Shown here in pieces: positions 30,794 to 41,039 of a stretch of DNA of 64,000 nt. The stretch's first letter is position 1; each line of letters opens with the position of its first letter. A model generated the notes under the pieces. The model searched no databases. It had not been told where the DNA came from and was given only the letters and a program-made list of their open reading frames with translations. Origin of the DNA: Promethearchaeota archaeon (GTDB taxonomy: Archaea; Asgardarchaeota; Lokiarchaeia; Sigyniarchaeales; SOKP01); contig JBHLNF010000004.1 of NCBI GenBank assembly GCA_048937405.1, positions 64,001 to 128,000 of the forward strand, read 5' to 3'. The translations under genes and the position numbers were made by a program.

Positions 30794-31729
30794 ATGGGAA
30801 TGTTAGATGGGAAGGTAGCCATTATAACTGGGGCTGGAAGGGGTTTAGGTCGTGAAGAAGCATTACTTTTTGCTAAAGAAGGATGTAATTTAGTAATTAA
30901 CGATTTAGGCGCAGGTTTTGATGGGAGTGGTGCCGAAACAAAGGTTGCGGATCAAATAGTTGAAGAATGTAAAAATCTGGGGATTAAAGCTGTTGCCAAT
31001 TATGATTCAGTTACAGATTTTAATAAAGCTAAAGCCATGATTGATCAAGCAGTTTCTGAATTTGGAAAATTGAACATACTTGTCAATAATGCTGGTATTC
31101 TTAGAGACCGAATGCTTTTTAATATGACAGAGCAAGAATTTGATGATGTTTTAGCAGTGCATTTAAAAGGTACGTTTAATATGACACGTCACGCTGCTGC
31201 ATATTTTAGAACTACTGTAAAAGCAAATGAATCACTTGGCAATTTCGGGAGAATAATTAATACAGCATCAGATGCAGGTTTAACCGGAAATTTGGGACAA
31301 ACTAATTATGGAGCAGCCAAAGCTGGTATTGCTGCATTTACTATGAATGCTTCGATGGAATTAAAAAAGTATGCTACAGTTAATTGTATCGTTCCATTAG
31401 CAAGAACTCGTTTAACAGTTGATGCTACTCCACAAACTGCTGAATTTATGAAAAAACTCGATAAATCAGGATATGATATTTTTAATCCTGTTAATGTGGC
31501 ACCAATGGTTGCATTTCTTGCATCAGATAAAGCTTCAAAAATTAATGGTGAAGTATATAGAGTCGTAGGTGATCGTATTATGCTATTCCAAGGATGGCAT
31601 ACTGTTAATCAAATTGATAACAATCATAAACCATTTACTCCACAATTAATAGCTGAAAGAATCGACGAATTAATGAAAGGAGCACCTAAGAGGGAAAGTT
31701 TATTTGGTCTTTTAGGAGATTTGGTATAG
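30794..31729 (+). CDS. SDR oxidoreductase (MFE-2/HSD17B4 dehydrogenase-domain-like)
   Basis: TGAGRGLG, VINDLG, NNAGILRD, NYGAAK. Confidence 0.92.
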   Translation: MGMLDGKVAIITGAGRGLGREEALLFAKEGCNLVINDLGAGFDGSGAETKVADQIVEECKNLGIKAVANYDSVTDFNKAKAMIDQAVSEFGKLNILVNNAGILRDRMLFNMTEQEFDDVLAVHLKGTFNMTRHAAAYFRTTVKANESLGNFGRIINTASDAGLTGNLGQTNYGAAKAGIAAFTMNASMELKKYATVNCIVPLARTRLTVDATPQTAEFMKKLDKSGYDIFNPVNVAPMVAFLASDKASKINGEVYRVVGDRIMLFQGWHTVNQIDNNHKPFTPQLIAERIDELMKGAPKRESLFGLLGDLV

Positions 31730-31740
31730 AGATAATTTAA

Positions 31741-31770
31741 ATTTCTTTTTTTCATTATTTTTTTTTTTCT
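31741..31770 (+). terminator. Oligo-T tract, likely archaeal terminator of the SDR gene
   Basis: atttctttttttcattattttttttttct just after the stop. Confidence 0.4.
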
Positions 31771-31797
31771 GTTCTACATATAATTTATCTGAAATAT

Positions 31798-32076
31798 TTA
31801 TTGTAAATTATTGATTATTTCTCTGAAAATATTATAAACAAGCAAAATTATTCTATCAAAATCCATTTCGGATATATTAGAGTAATTATTTTTTAATCTA
31901 TTTAACAAAAAATCCAATTTATCTAATCCCTTTTTTAGATAAGATATTTCTTCCTTCATTTTTGTTCCTTCTAATCGAGCTTTTAAAAAGATTATCTCAC
32001 TTAAAAGCATTTTTAGCACTTTTTCTTTTCTTAGTGAAATAACTTCATTATATGGCCACAAGACTGTTTTATTCAT
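31798..32076 (-). CDS. Hypothetical helical protein
   Basis: 92-aa ORF with AGAGGT RBS. Confidence 0.55.
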   Translation of the reverse strand: MNKTVLWPYNEVISLRKEKVLKMLLSEIIFLKARLEGTKMKEEISYLKKGLDKLDFLLNRLKNNYSNISEMDFDRIILLVYNIFREIINNLQ

Positions 32077-32305
32077 TTTTTAACCTCTAAAATTGATATT
32101 TTTCCTAAATTATAATAACTAAAAAGAGAATTAATATCTTAGAGAGACCAATCTTTAAGATTCAATTTATCATTAAAATTCAAAATATTCTCAGATTTGC
32201 AACTAAACTAACTTAAGAATTTGATATTGGTTTTAAATGAAAATCTGGATGTATGATTTTATAAGATTTAATCTTTTACTCATCCTGCTTATAATCTTAT
32301 TATCA

Positions 32306-32776
32306 CTAATCCTCAATTAAATCTTTATAGAAATCTTCATCATACCTATCTTCTTCAACATTTTCTCTTTTCATGTCTAAATACATATAGTAAGCACTGA
32401 TTATACCCCCCCCAAGTAATCCAACAGGAATTGCCGTTAAAACTATATAAAGAAAAAAGACCAAAAAAACAATTATATTAGGAGCATAAATCAAGGTATA
32501 TAATAATGAAATTAATAATGCTGAAATAATACCTCCAATAATTCCTACTAACATACCACATGTTAGTATTTTTTGATTCCGAGTTCTATTTTTTAAAGCA
32601 AAAAAAACTCCAATAACAGTACCAATTAAAAATTGAACATCATAAATAAGATATAAACCCTGAAAATGAAGATAAAGAGTTAATAAATAAGCTAAAGTTG
32701 AGGTAATAGCATTAAAAATTAAACCTCTTTTAACATTACGTTCTCGAAAATATTCAATAAAATTCAAAATATCCAC
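32306..32776 (-). CDS. Four-TM membrane protein with acidic tail
   Basis: Gly-rich hydrophobic helices; GTG start. Confidence 0.7.
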   Translation of the reverse strand: MDILNFIEYFRERNVKRGLIFNAITSTLAYLLTLYLHFQGLYLIYDVQFLIGTVIGVFFALKNRTRNQKILTCGMLVGIIGGIISALLISLLYTLIYAPNIIVFLVFFLYIVLTAIPVGLLGGGIISAYYMYLDMKRENVEEDRYDEDFYKDLIED

Positions 32777-32855
32777 TAAAAATATTGATTTTTCAAAATA
32801 CTTGAATTAAGAAAATGAAAAAACAATAATATAAGAAATTTTTCAATATAATTTA

Positions 32856-33647
32856 TTATCTATCAGCACCAGGTATATCTTTACCTTTTGTTATTACCTT
32901 TGTTATTCCCTTTTTTACTAATTTTGTTGGATCCACTAAATTTTTAAGCCCCTGCACTGCGGCATCCCCAGCTTGTCCAATAACATCTCCGCTAATAGTT
33001 CCCCCTCCAATCAATTCTTCTGCAATCACGCCAACTGCTGGAGTTAATGCTGCTGAAACGATGGCTGTTACTGCTGCTACTGCTACAAACTTAGCAATCT
33101 TAAGTGCAATTGGACTGTCTTCTCCTTTCGTAGATTTTTCATCATCTCCCACAGCTTCTAATGACCTCGTAAGCCCTTTTATTAATATATTTAAAGCATC
33201 TTCTTTCTTTTCTTTATTTCCTTTATAATATATCCCATCCTTGTATGCAGATTCTAAAAATTTAGTCAAAGATTTGTATTTTTCAATTTTTTTGTACCCA
33301 TTCCAATCCTCTTCTTTGAAATTTGTCAAGATGGTATTACATGGCTTTCCGTTAGTGACATTGAAAACATATATTTTTGGTTCCTTTTTATCACTTAAGT
33401 AAATAGCTTCATAAATAAAATCTCCAAGCTCTTTCTTATTTCCAATCAAGATCCTGAAATTAATTTTATCAGTAGTACCAATCAAACCCTTAGAAAATTT
33501 TGCTAATGCTACTTTACCTTTTTTTGCTTTCTTTTCATCCTCCAAAACAGTATCAGAACGTTTTTCTTCAAAATAATCATTTAGAACATCAAAAGCATCT
33601 TTAAATAGCTTTTTAGCTTTATCAATCTCCTTTCCCATAAATTTCAC
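32856..33647 (-). CDS. Hypothetical protein with C-terminal Ala/Gly-rich hydrophobic segment
   Basis: 263-aa ORF; FVAVAAVTAIVSAALTPAVGVIA. Confidence 0.7.
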   Translation of the reverse strand: MKFMGKEIDKAKKLFKDAFDVLNDYFEEKRSDTVLEDEKKAKKGKVALAKFSKGLIGTTDKINFRILIGNKKELGDFIYEAIYLSDKKEPKIYVFNVTNGKPCNTILTNFKEEDWNGYKKIEKYKSLTKFLESAYKDGIYYKGNKEKKEDALNILIKGLTRSLEAVGDDEKSTKGEDSPIALKIAKFVAVAAVTAIVSAALTPAVGVIAEELIGGGTISGDVIGQAGDAAVQGLKNLVDPTKLVKKGITKVITKGKDIPGADR

Positions 33648-33938
33648 TTCATTTTAATAGATTCGAGTTACAATAAATATTAAAATTAAGATATTTATGT
33701 TTATTTCTTTTGAAAAGCGAAATTGAACATATTAGACATTTCCTTCTTAGTTGTCTTGTTTATAATATCGCTAAATTATATTTTTATTTTTTGTATTCTA
33801 TTCTCTTTGAATTTTTCTGACAAGAAAAAGGCAAAATTTTGCTTTTTTAAACAAGATTCCTATACTTAAATAATATTAAATCTTAAATAATAATTAAAGA
33901 ATTAATTTTCTCAATAACATAAATACAAATTGAGTTAA

Positions 33939-34292
33939 ATGAGTGAAAGAATAACTGAAATACTCGATAGTTTAAAGTCGATAAAGGGTGTTCACGGTGC
34001 GGCTTTAATTGAGAAATTTGGGCTAATAAAAGGGAGTGCTCTGCCTGGTTGGGTTGATCCCGAAGCTGTTGCCGCAATGGTGACATTAATATTAAAGGCG
34101 AGTCAGAGAGCAACCAAAGAACTGGAACAAGGTCAATTCTTTAGCGCTATAATAGAATCTGAAAAAGGTAAAATCCTTTTTAGCGAAATTAAAGGAAATA
34201 TTTTGACCATAATTACCACTCGTGAGGCAAAATTAGGTATAATTAACTTAAAATTAGATGCTGCTAGTACAGCATTAGGCGAATTGATTTAA
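33939..34292 (+). CDS. Roadblock/LC7 (MglB-like) protein
   Basis: IKGVHGAALI..FGLI, EAVAAM, IIESEKGKI, AKLGII. Confidence 0.9.
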   Translation: MSERITEILDSLKSIKGVHGAALIEKFGLIKGSALPGWVDPEAVAAMVTLILKASQRATKELEQGQFFSAIIESEKGKILFSEIKGNILTIITTREAKLGIINLKLDAASTALGELI

Positions 34293-34311
34293 TTTTTTAT
34301 ATTTCTTTTTT

Positions 34312-34420
34312 TTAAAAACTTGTATATTAGTTTATTTCTGTTTCTCATAAAATTCTTTTCTTAAGATTAAAATCCACTAATATTAATTTTCAAAGTTAAT
34401 TTTCTATAAGAATATCAAAT
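34312..34420 (-). pseudogene. Probable decayed copy of the promoter and 5' end of the membrane gene 32306..32776
   Basis: Colinear anchors ttaaaaa..ttctc..(25 nt)..atccactaa..tatt.atttt.caaa shared with 32712..32820. Confidence 0.5.
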
Positions 34421-34580
34421 AGCGTTTCATGAAAGATTAAAAATAGAAACCAGAGTTATTTATACTAATTTTAATAGCTTTCCATATATTAACTGTTTTC
34501 AATCGATTAAACCTCTGGGTGAATGTAAAATTCAGTGAAACAACCTTAAAAAGTAATTTAAACAATTTTTTAGTAAATGT

Positions 34581-35150
34581 CTATTTCTGGAGTAGTTTTG
34601 CGACTTTTAGAATATTAAGTCCAAGAATTTCTGCTTGTCTTAACCGATTCTCTTGGTTTAAAATATCACCTGGTTCGTCAGCTGTAGCCGTTACTCCATT
34701 TAATTCACCAGGAACACATATTATCCCACACGAGAGCATCCATGTATAAATGGCATTAATTGTGATTGTTTGACCTCCACATGTTCCACGACCAACTGCG
34801 ATGGCTCCACCTACTTTCCCTTCTAAAGGTCTATCAAATTTTTGTGAATAATGTCTATCAAGTACAGAGAGTAATTGGGAACTCATATTTCGAGAATAAA
34901 CAGGACTTGAGATTATGATGGCATTACACCATCGAAACGCTTCATAAATACTTTGCATATCATCATTAATAATACAAGTACCAGTCTCTCTACATGACTC
35001 GCATGCATTACAAGGTTTTATTGTTAATTTACTTAAAAGAAAAATTTTAACATCCCATTCATTATTTTCAAAAGGTTTAAGAGCATACCTTAAAAGAATT
35101 TCACTATTCCCTTTATTCCTAGGAGTCCCTGATATACCCATAACATTCAT
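34581..35150 (-). CDS. Iron-sulfur flavoprotein (flavodoxin-like)
   Basis: GISGTPR..GNS, CNACESC....C..DD, SPVY, GGQ. Confidence 0.9.
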   Translation of the reverse strand: MNVMGISGTPRNKGNSEILLRYALKPFENNEWDVKIFLLSKLTIKPCNACESCRETGTCIINDDMQSIYEAFRWCNAIIISSPVYSRNMSSQLLSVLDRHYSQKFDRPLEGKVGGAIAVGRGTCGGQTITINAIYTWMLSCGIICVPGELNGVTATADEPGDILNQENRLRQAEILGLNILKVAKLLQK

Positions 35151-35318
35151 TTTTTTTGACCTTAATATTATTTTTATCAATAGATTATTTTACAAATATA
35201 TAAAATTATTTCTATACTCTTTTTTTAATGAATTAAATTTTAGTGAGTTAATTTTACTTTCTAAATTTATAACTTAAGATTTAAATCGTAATAAAGATAA
35301 TTTTCTTATGAAAAAATT

Positions 35319-36239
35319 TTGAAGGTGATCAATATAGTAATTATAAATTCTGAGGGTAAATATGATGATAATTATTATTTATTAGATGGTATGACTATGG
35401 GACTGCAGAAATTTCTTTCAATTTATATTGTAGAACATAATGAAATGCGATTAATGATTGATGTCGGAGAAACTTTAAAAATTCGCAAAATTTTAAAAAA
35501 ACTCAAAGAGATGGGATTATATCCAATCCATAAAATCTTATTAACTCATTCTCATTGGGATCATGCTCAAGGACTTTCAAAAATAAGAAGTTCAATGAAA
35601 GATTTGGATATTGAAATATTAGCTTCTGAAAATGCTATTGAGAATTTAAAGCATCCTGAAAATATGATTGAAGGATTTGAAAATATGGGTGATTTATATC
35701 CTTTTGACGAAGAGATTACTCCTTTGAAGGAAGGAGACATTATTGATATAAATGGATTAGAATTAGAAGTAGTCAACTTATTTGGACATACTATGGATTC
35801 TATAGGGATTATTGATAAAATCAATAAAAATATATTTGTGGGAGATGCAATTTTGATGAGATTAGATCAAAATGCTTTTTTTGTACCTCTCATGCCACCT
35901 GATTTTCATGAAACAGAACTTTTGAAAACATTTGATAAATTGAGAAATATGAAGGATGATTTTAATTCCCTCTCTTTAGCGCATTTTGGGGTTTGGAAAG
36001 ATGATCATTTCGTTCAAATTTTAGAAGAGATGGAAGATCTCTATTTTAAAGTTAAAAACTCCTTAATTAAATGGTATAATGAAGATTCATCAATTGAAGT
36101 TATAACAAATAAATATTTTAAAACTATAGTGCCTAATTCAAAAGTTTGGAACGAGAAACTATTTATATTTCTCGTAGATATGATGATAAATGGTTTAAAG
36201 TATAGTGGATTAATAAATGAAAAAATTATTTCTCATTAA
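35319..36239 (+). CDS. Metallo-beta-lactamase-fold hydrolase
   Basis: THSHWDH, GHT, FVGDA, LAHFG; start uncertain. Confidence 0.9.
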   Translation: MKVINIVIINSEGKYDDNYYLLDGMTMGLQKFLSIYIVEHNEMRLMIDVGETLKIRKILKKLKEMGLYPIHKILLTHSHWDHAQGLSKIRSSMKDLDIEILASENAIENLKHPENMIEGFENMGDLYPFDEEITPLKEGDIIDINGLELEVVNLFGHTMDSIGIIDKINKNIFVGDAILMRLDQNAFFVPLMPPDFHETELLKTFDKLRNMKDDFNSLSLAHFGVWKDDHFVQILEEMEDLYFKVKNSLIKWYNEDSSIEVITNKYFKTIVPNSKVWNEKLFIFLVDMMINGLKYSGLINEKIISH

Positions 36240-37733
36240 TCATTTCTTTTTTTTGATTATCCCTTTCTCTCTTAATAGTTTAAGTACAATATTTCTAGAA
36301 ATATGAGGATCAGCTTGTCCTTTAGTTTTTTGCATTATTTTTCCAATTAACGCTTCTTTTGCTTTTGGATTTGCACGACAATCTTCCACAATCTTTGGAT
36401 TCTCTTCTATAACATCATTCCCTAATTTTATAAGAAAATTTTCATCGGATATTCTTTTTTTACCTTTTATTTCAAGAATTTCTGAAATGGAAAAACCTTC
36501 TATCATATCTTCTATTATAGTTTTTGCAATTTTGGTCGTAATTTTTCCTTCATTAATGTATCTGATAATATCAATGATTTGATGCGGGTGCAATTTTGTG
36601 TCTTTTATTGATTTATTTTGTTCATTTAATACTCTTAAAACATCATTCATTAACCAATTGCAGTATTGTTTATATTCATTGGACCCGAATGAAGCATCAG
36701 AATTTACACCTTCCTCGTAAAAATCGGCGATATCTTTATCCAGAACTAGGTTATCTGAATCAAATTCCGACAAATTGTATTCTCTCCTAAGCCTTAATGA
36801 TCTCTCATTTGGCATTTCAGGTAATTCATCTTTAACTTTTTGTATAAAAAGATTATCTATTTCTATTGGAACTAAATCTTGTTCAGGAAAATAACGATAA
36901 TCTGCTTCAAATTCTTTTGTTCTTAAAGAAATTGTAATTCTTCTTTTATCATCCCAATGTCTTGTTTCCTGCTGTAATTTCTTTCCTCGTTTAAGTGAGT
37001 TCTTTTGTCTTACAATTTCATGTCTTAAGGCTCGTTCTACTTCTTTAAAACTATTAATATTTTTAACTTCACTACGCTCATACCCCTTAATTGAGATATT
37101 AGCATCCACCCTTACTGATCCTTCAAGATCCAAACTCGAGATTCCTGTATACTGAACTATTGATTTTAATTGCTTTAGAAATTCACGTGCTTCTTCAGGT
37201 GAACTCATAACTGGTTCAGTCACTATTTCTATTAAAGTGACTCCTGATCTATTATAATCAACGAGCGTATAAGGTGAAGTTGCTATACTTCCTTTATGAA
37301 CTAGTCTTGCGGGGTCTTCTTCTAAGTGAATTCGATTGAGAATTATATCTTTCTTATGAGAATTTAATTTAATAGTAATTTTTCCACCATCTGCAAAAGC
37401 CTTTCCCCCCGCCTTATTATATTGACTTATCTGAAATCCTTTCGGAAGGTCTGGATAAAAGTAATTCTTTCTAAAGAACCAAAAAGAATCGTTTATATCA
37501 CAATCTAAAGCTAGAGCTAATCGTGTAGCAAATTCTATCGCCTTTCTGTTTATTACTGGCAATGAACCAGGAAGTCCGATACATATTGGACAGATATAAG
37601 TGTTTGACTCTGCACCTCGGTAATCAGTACTACAGCTACAAAAAAATTTCGTTTTTAGTTTTGTTAATTGGATATGTATTTCTAAACCAATTATTACTTC
37701 TTTATCTTTATATTCTAAATTAGAAAGCGTCAA
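36240..37733 (-). CDS. gatB: Asp/Glu-tRNA amidotransferase subunit B
   Basis: IGLEIHIQL, RKNYFYPDLPKGFQISQY, HLEED, DYNRSG, DYRYFPE; TTG start. Confidence 0.96.
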   Translation of the reverse strand: MTLSNLEYKDKEVIIGLEIHIQLTKLKTKFFCSCSTDYRGAESNTYICPICIGLPGSLPVINRKAIEFATRLALALDCDINDSFWFFRKNYFYPDLPKGFQISQYNKAGGKAFADGGKITIKLNSHKKDIILNRIHLEEDPARLVHKGSIATSPYTLVDYNRSGVTLIEIVTEPVMSSPEEAREFLKQLKSIVQYTGISSLDLEGSVRVDANISIKGYERSEVKNINSFKEVERALRHEIVRQKNSLKRGKKLQQETRHWDDKRRITISLRTKEFEADYRYFPEQDLVPIEIDNLFIQKVKDELPEMPNERSLRLRREYNLSEFDSDNLVLDKDIADFYEEGVNSDASFGSNEYKQYCNWLMNDVLRVLNEQNKSIKDTKLHPHQIIDIIRYINEGKITTKIAKTIIEDMIEGFSISEILEIKGKKRISDENFLIKLGNDVIEENPKIVEDCRANPKAKEALIGKIMQKTKGQADPHISRNIVLKLLREKGIIKKKK

Positions 37734-37805
37734 AGCTGATAAATTATAAAGTATAAAAATATAAAAAATTCACTCTTAACTTAAAAAATTAATTATAAAT
37801 AAATT

Positions 37806-39548
37806 TTAAAAATTTTGAGAGTATTTATCCATAATTTGTCTATAACTTAAAGTCCTAACACCATTTTTTTCAAAAAGTCTCTCATAAAATTCATGAACTT
37901 CATCCCAAGTCATTTTTTTATATGATTTTAACTTAAATTTTTCTCCAATAATATTCCTCGGATTCATTCCACAACCCAATGACTTAATAGCTACATCCCG
38001 TCTTAATTTCTTTTGAATGCTGTCGAAAGATAAACCTCTAGTTCCTACTAACAAATGGGAAATCTGTTGATATATATAATATACCATTTCTCTTGATGTA
38101 CCAATTTTTTTCCCTATAATAATACCTGTTTTTCCTTCTATTATCCATTCTTTATATTGACCAATATCAACTCCTCTCATAAGAGTTTTTAATTTATAAC
38201 TTGAAGTACCTAAAAGATCATTTTCTTTTTTTTTTGATTCAATATGTGTTTTAACAATTTTAACGTCTAAATATCCATATTTTTTAATTATTTCCTTTAA
38301 ACATTTAATTGAACCGAAATATCGGTCAAATTTATTATTTGACCAATCCAATAAATCCAAAATATCTTTTTTCATGATATTTCTATCATATTTTAATAAT
38401 TTTTCCAGAATTGGTAACATAAATTTTAAGTATACATTTTGTTGCTTACCCAACATATTTTTGATTTGTCGATTTAATTCTCTGATTTTAAGATGCTCTA
38501 AATTTCTGTATTGTTTTTTTATTATTTCAGTAATAGAAATGTATTTTACACCAAGAGATAGCATTCCTAAAATATCCAACCAAGGAAGTTTGTAAACTAT
38601 ACCGCTTATACCACGCCCTCCTCCACCTTCTCGTTCATTTAATCCATTCTCTACGGTTCCAATAGTTCCATCATCATTTCTATATGAACGGGTATATTCT
38701 CTCTCTCTATCCCGTGCTATTCCTACACCTCTAGTTATTTCTACTCTGACAATATCAAAACAACATTTAATAATATCCTCTCTAATATAGTATAACCGTA
38801 TTTTATACTCTTTAGTACCTTTAATTTCAACTAAATCAGTATAAATTTCCTCAAAAGTTACCCCTTTTGACAAGAGTCTACTATATTTAATATTTAATTT
38901 TATTGCTTTCCTAATTGCGCTATGCAATTTTATAAGCGATACATGCATGTGATTTTCCTTACAAATCCCACGGGGTGCTAAAGATTCCATAATATGTTCT
39001 TCAATTCTTCTATTTAAATCATCAGTAAATCCAAAATATGACATCCCCTTAAATGGTTTTATTTTGCATTTTAATTGATATACCATGTGGGTTATTCCTA
39101 AAATAAATCTATTTCTCCAAATATCTTCATTGTAATCCATAAACAATTTCTCACCTTCTGGTGTATAACTGTCTAATGTCCTTTGAGAACCTTGATGTGA
39201 TTTAGAATTTCTGAATCCATATTCAAGCTTGATTAAATAGGACTTTTTATCATTATACCAACGTTCTATAAAAGATTTAGATGATTGTAAGAGTTTTTTA
39301 ACTTTTGGGCTACCTTCATGTTTTACAAAAATTGATTTTCTAACCAAAGAATAACCTTTTAAAAAGCCAACACCATCAATGGATATTTGTAACTCTATTT
39401 CTGGGTCATAAGTTTTTCTCACTAATTTATTAATCTGGGTAGAATCATCATTTTGGTGAGATTGGATATTTTCATCAAAAAATGTATTATTTTTATAATT
39501 ATTCAGTTTTTTTTTTGGGTTATCAGTACAATATAGTTTATCATTCAT
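37806..39548 (-). CDS. Free-standing GIY-YIG endonuclease-like protein with C-terminal HTH-like region
   Basis: VYQL...SYFGFTDDLNRRIEEH, ERE, GLNEREGG; IGKKIGTSREMVY HTH-like. Confidence 0.65.
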   Translation of the reverse strand: MNDKLYCTDNPKKKLNNYKNNTFFDENIQSHQNDDSTQINKLVRKTYDPEIELQISIDGVGFLKGYSLVRKSIFVKHEGSPKVKKLLQSSKSFIERWYNDKKSYLIKLEYGFRNSKSHQGSQRTLDSYTPEGEKLFMDYNEDIWRNRFILGITHMVYQLKCKIKPFKGMSYFGFTDDLNRRIEEHIMESLAPRGICKENHMHVSLIKLHSAIRKAIKLNIKYSRLLSKGVTFEEIYTDLVEIKGTKEYKIRLYYIREDIIKCCFDIVRVEITRGVGIARDREREYTRSYRNDDGTIGTVENGLNEREGGGGRGISGIVYKLPWLDILGMLSLGVKYISITEIIKKQYRNLEHLKIRELNRQIKNMLGKQQNVYLKFMLPILEKLLKYDRNIMKKDILDLLDWSNNKFDRYFGSIKCLKEIIKKYGYLDVKIVKTHIESKKKENDLLGTSSYKLKTLMRGVDIGQYKEWIIEGKTGIIIGKKIGTSREMVYYIYQQISHLLVGTRGLSFDSIQKKLRRDVAIKSLGCGMNPRNIIGEKFKLKSYKKMTWDEVHEFYERLFEKNGVRTLSYRQIMDKYSQNF

Positions 39549-39920
39549 ATTTGAAATTGATTCCTCCCAATTAATTTTTGGTTGTTTCTAGGGTATTAAA
39601 ACATACTTTTCATTAGCTATACTATTTTCGCTTATACTGATAAATCAGTTAATTAGTCTATTTAAATATTATAATCTATCTAATTTAGTAATTTTTAATC
39701 CTTTTCATAAATACAATATGTAGAATTTACTTTTTTATTGGACTAATTAATTTATTTGCATATTCTGATTATATAAGCCGTTGAAACGACAATTTAAAAC
39801 TTTTAGAAAGCTAGCTTATCTTACCAATCTATAGTTTATTAGAATTTAGAAGTTCAATAATATAATTTAGTTCTGGTTTTCGAATTAAGAGTAATAAATC
39901 TTTATAACTAAATAGGGTAT

Positions 39921-40691
39921 TTAGTTAGTAGAAGGAAATAATAATTTCATCTGTGATTGAATTTCACGTTTATTCCATATAGAAATCTCATATAATATCT
40001 TGTAAAAGAAATTTATGATTACTTTTGGATCTTTAGTATCTTTTATTTTATCAAATTCATCCAATTTTTGTTCTAAAGACTGAAAATTGAATTTATTATT
40101 AGGATAAAATTTTTGAATAAATCGTTTTGCTTTTCTAAGATAATTTTTTACACTAATAAAATACTCATGATTTTTCATTTTATCTATAATTTTTAAAGAT
40201 AAATAATATCCTATAATTGTTTTATAACTATGAACAATGTTTATTGGTTCACCTTTAATATTACCTTTATTCTTAGCATCTTTCCATAAATGAGCATCAT
40301 CAATATATAATTCATATAGTCCTTTAAATTGAATCAGATTATAATCGACAAAACAATCTAGTAAATGATTTAAAATTAAAAAAAGACCTTCAAATATCTT
40401 ATTTTTTTTTATACCAGATCCTGCAAAATACATGTAATCTGTTTTTTTTGTTAAAAAAATATGACCTAATTCATGAATTGGTGTAAAATCATTGTCTGAA
40501 GGAAGTAAATATATACCCCATTTTTTCTCTTTTTCGTACCATTGCAAAAAAGCCCTATTTTTTGCAGAAATCCCAATATCGATGTCTTCTTTTTCTAAAC
40601 CTAAAATATTTTTATATTTCATTAAGAGTTGTTCCAATTCTTTGAGTCTTTTTACTTCTTTAGAGGTTAATAAGATTGGTTTTTTCGACAT
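39921..40691 (-). CDS. HExxH zinc metallopeptidase-like protein
   Basis: IHELGH followed by NHLLDCFVD. Confidence 0.6.
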   Translation of the reverse strand: MSKKPILLTSKEVKRLKELEQLLMKYKNILGLEKEDIDIGISAKNRAFLQWYEKEKKWGIYLLPSDNDFTPIHELGHIFLTKKTDYMYFAGSGIKKNKIFEGLFLILNHLLDCFVDYNLIQFKGLYELYIDDAHLWKDAKNKGNIKGEPINIVHSYKTIIGYYLSLKIIDKMKNHEYFISVKNYLRKAKRFIQKFYPNNKFNFQSLEQKLDEFDKIKDTKDPKVIINFFYKILYEISIWNKREIQSQMKLLFPSTN

Positions 40692-40980
40692 ATTGAGTCT
40701 ATTGTTTACTTTCTCTGTCTTTAATTAATATTTAGTTTACCAATTATAATTGCATTTTTTAGAACGACTTAATTAATTGTTCTTTGCAACTATTAAATAA
40801 TTATAACTCTCAGATGATTTACTAAATATTAGTAGAATTCTTAATCACAAAGATAATTGATTTATTCAATGCTTAAAAAAAATTGAATTCTGAAATTTTC
40901 TTCAATATCCGATCTGATTATAAAAAAGATACATTTTAATCTGGAATATTTAATTGATTCTTATACTATTATAGAAAATC

Positions 40981-41037
40981 GACTAATTAAATATGAACTT
41001 CTAAACCAATGATAACATCATTATTTTGAATGCTGAT
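40981..41037 (-). pseudogene. gatB: Displaced original 5' end of gatB immediately after gatA
   Basis: GGAGGT-8nt-ATC AGC ATT CAA AAT AAT GAT GTT ATC ATT GGT TTA GAA GTT CAT ATT TAA TTA = (M)SIQNNDVIIGLEVHI*L versus intact KEVIIGLEIHIQL. Confidence 0.85.
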
Positions 41038-41039
41038 AT

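Noticed and set aside
39775-39792. gttgaaacgac resembling a CRISPR repeat end
   Set aside because: Single occurrence, no array
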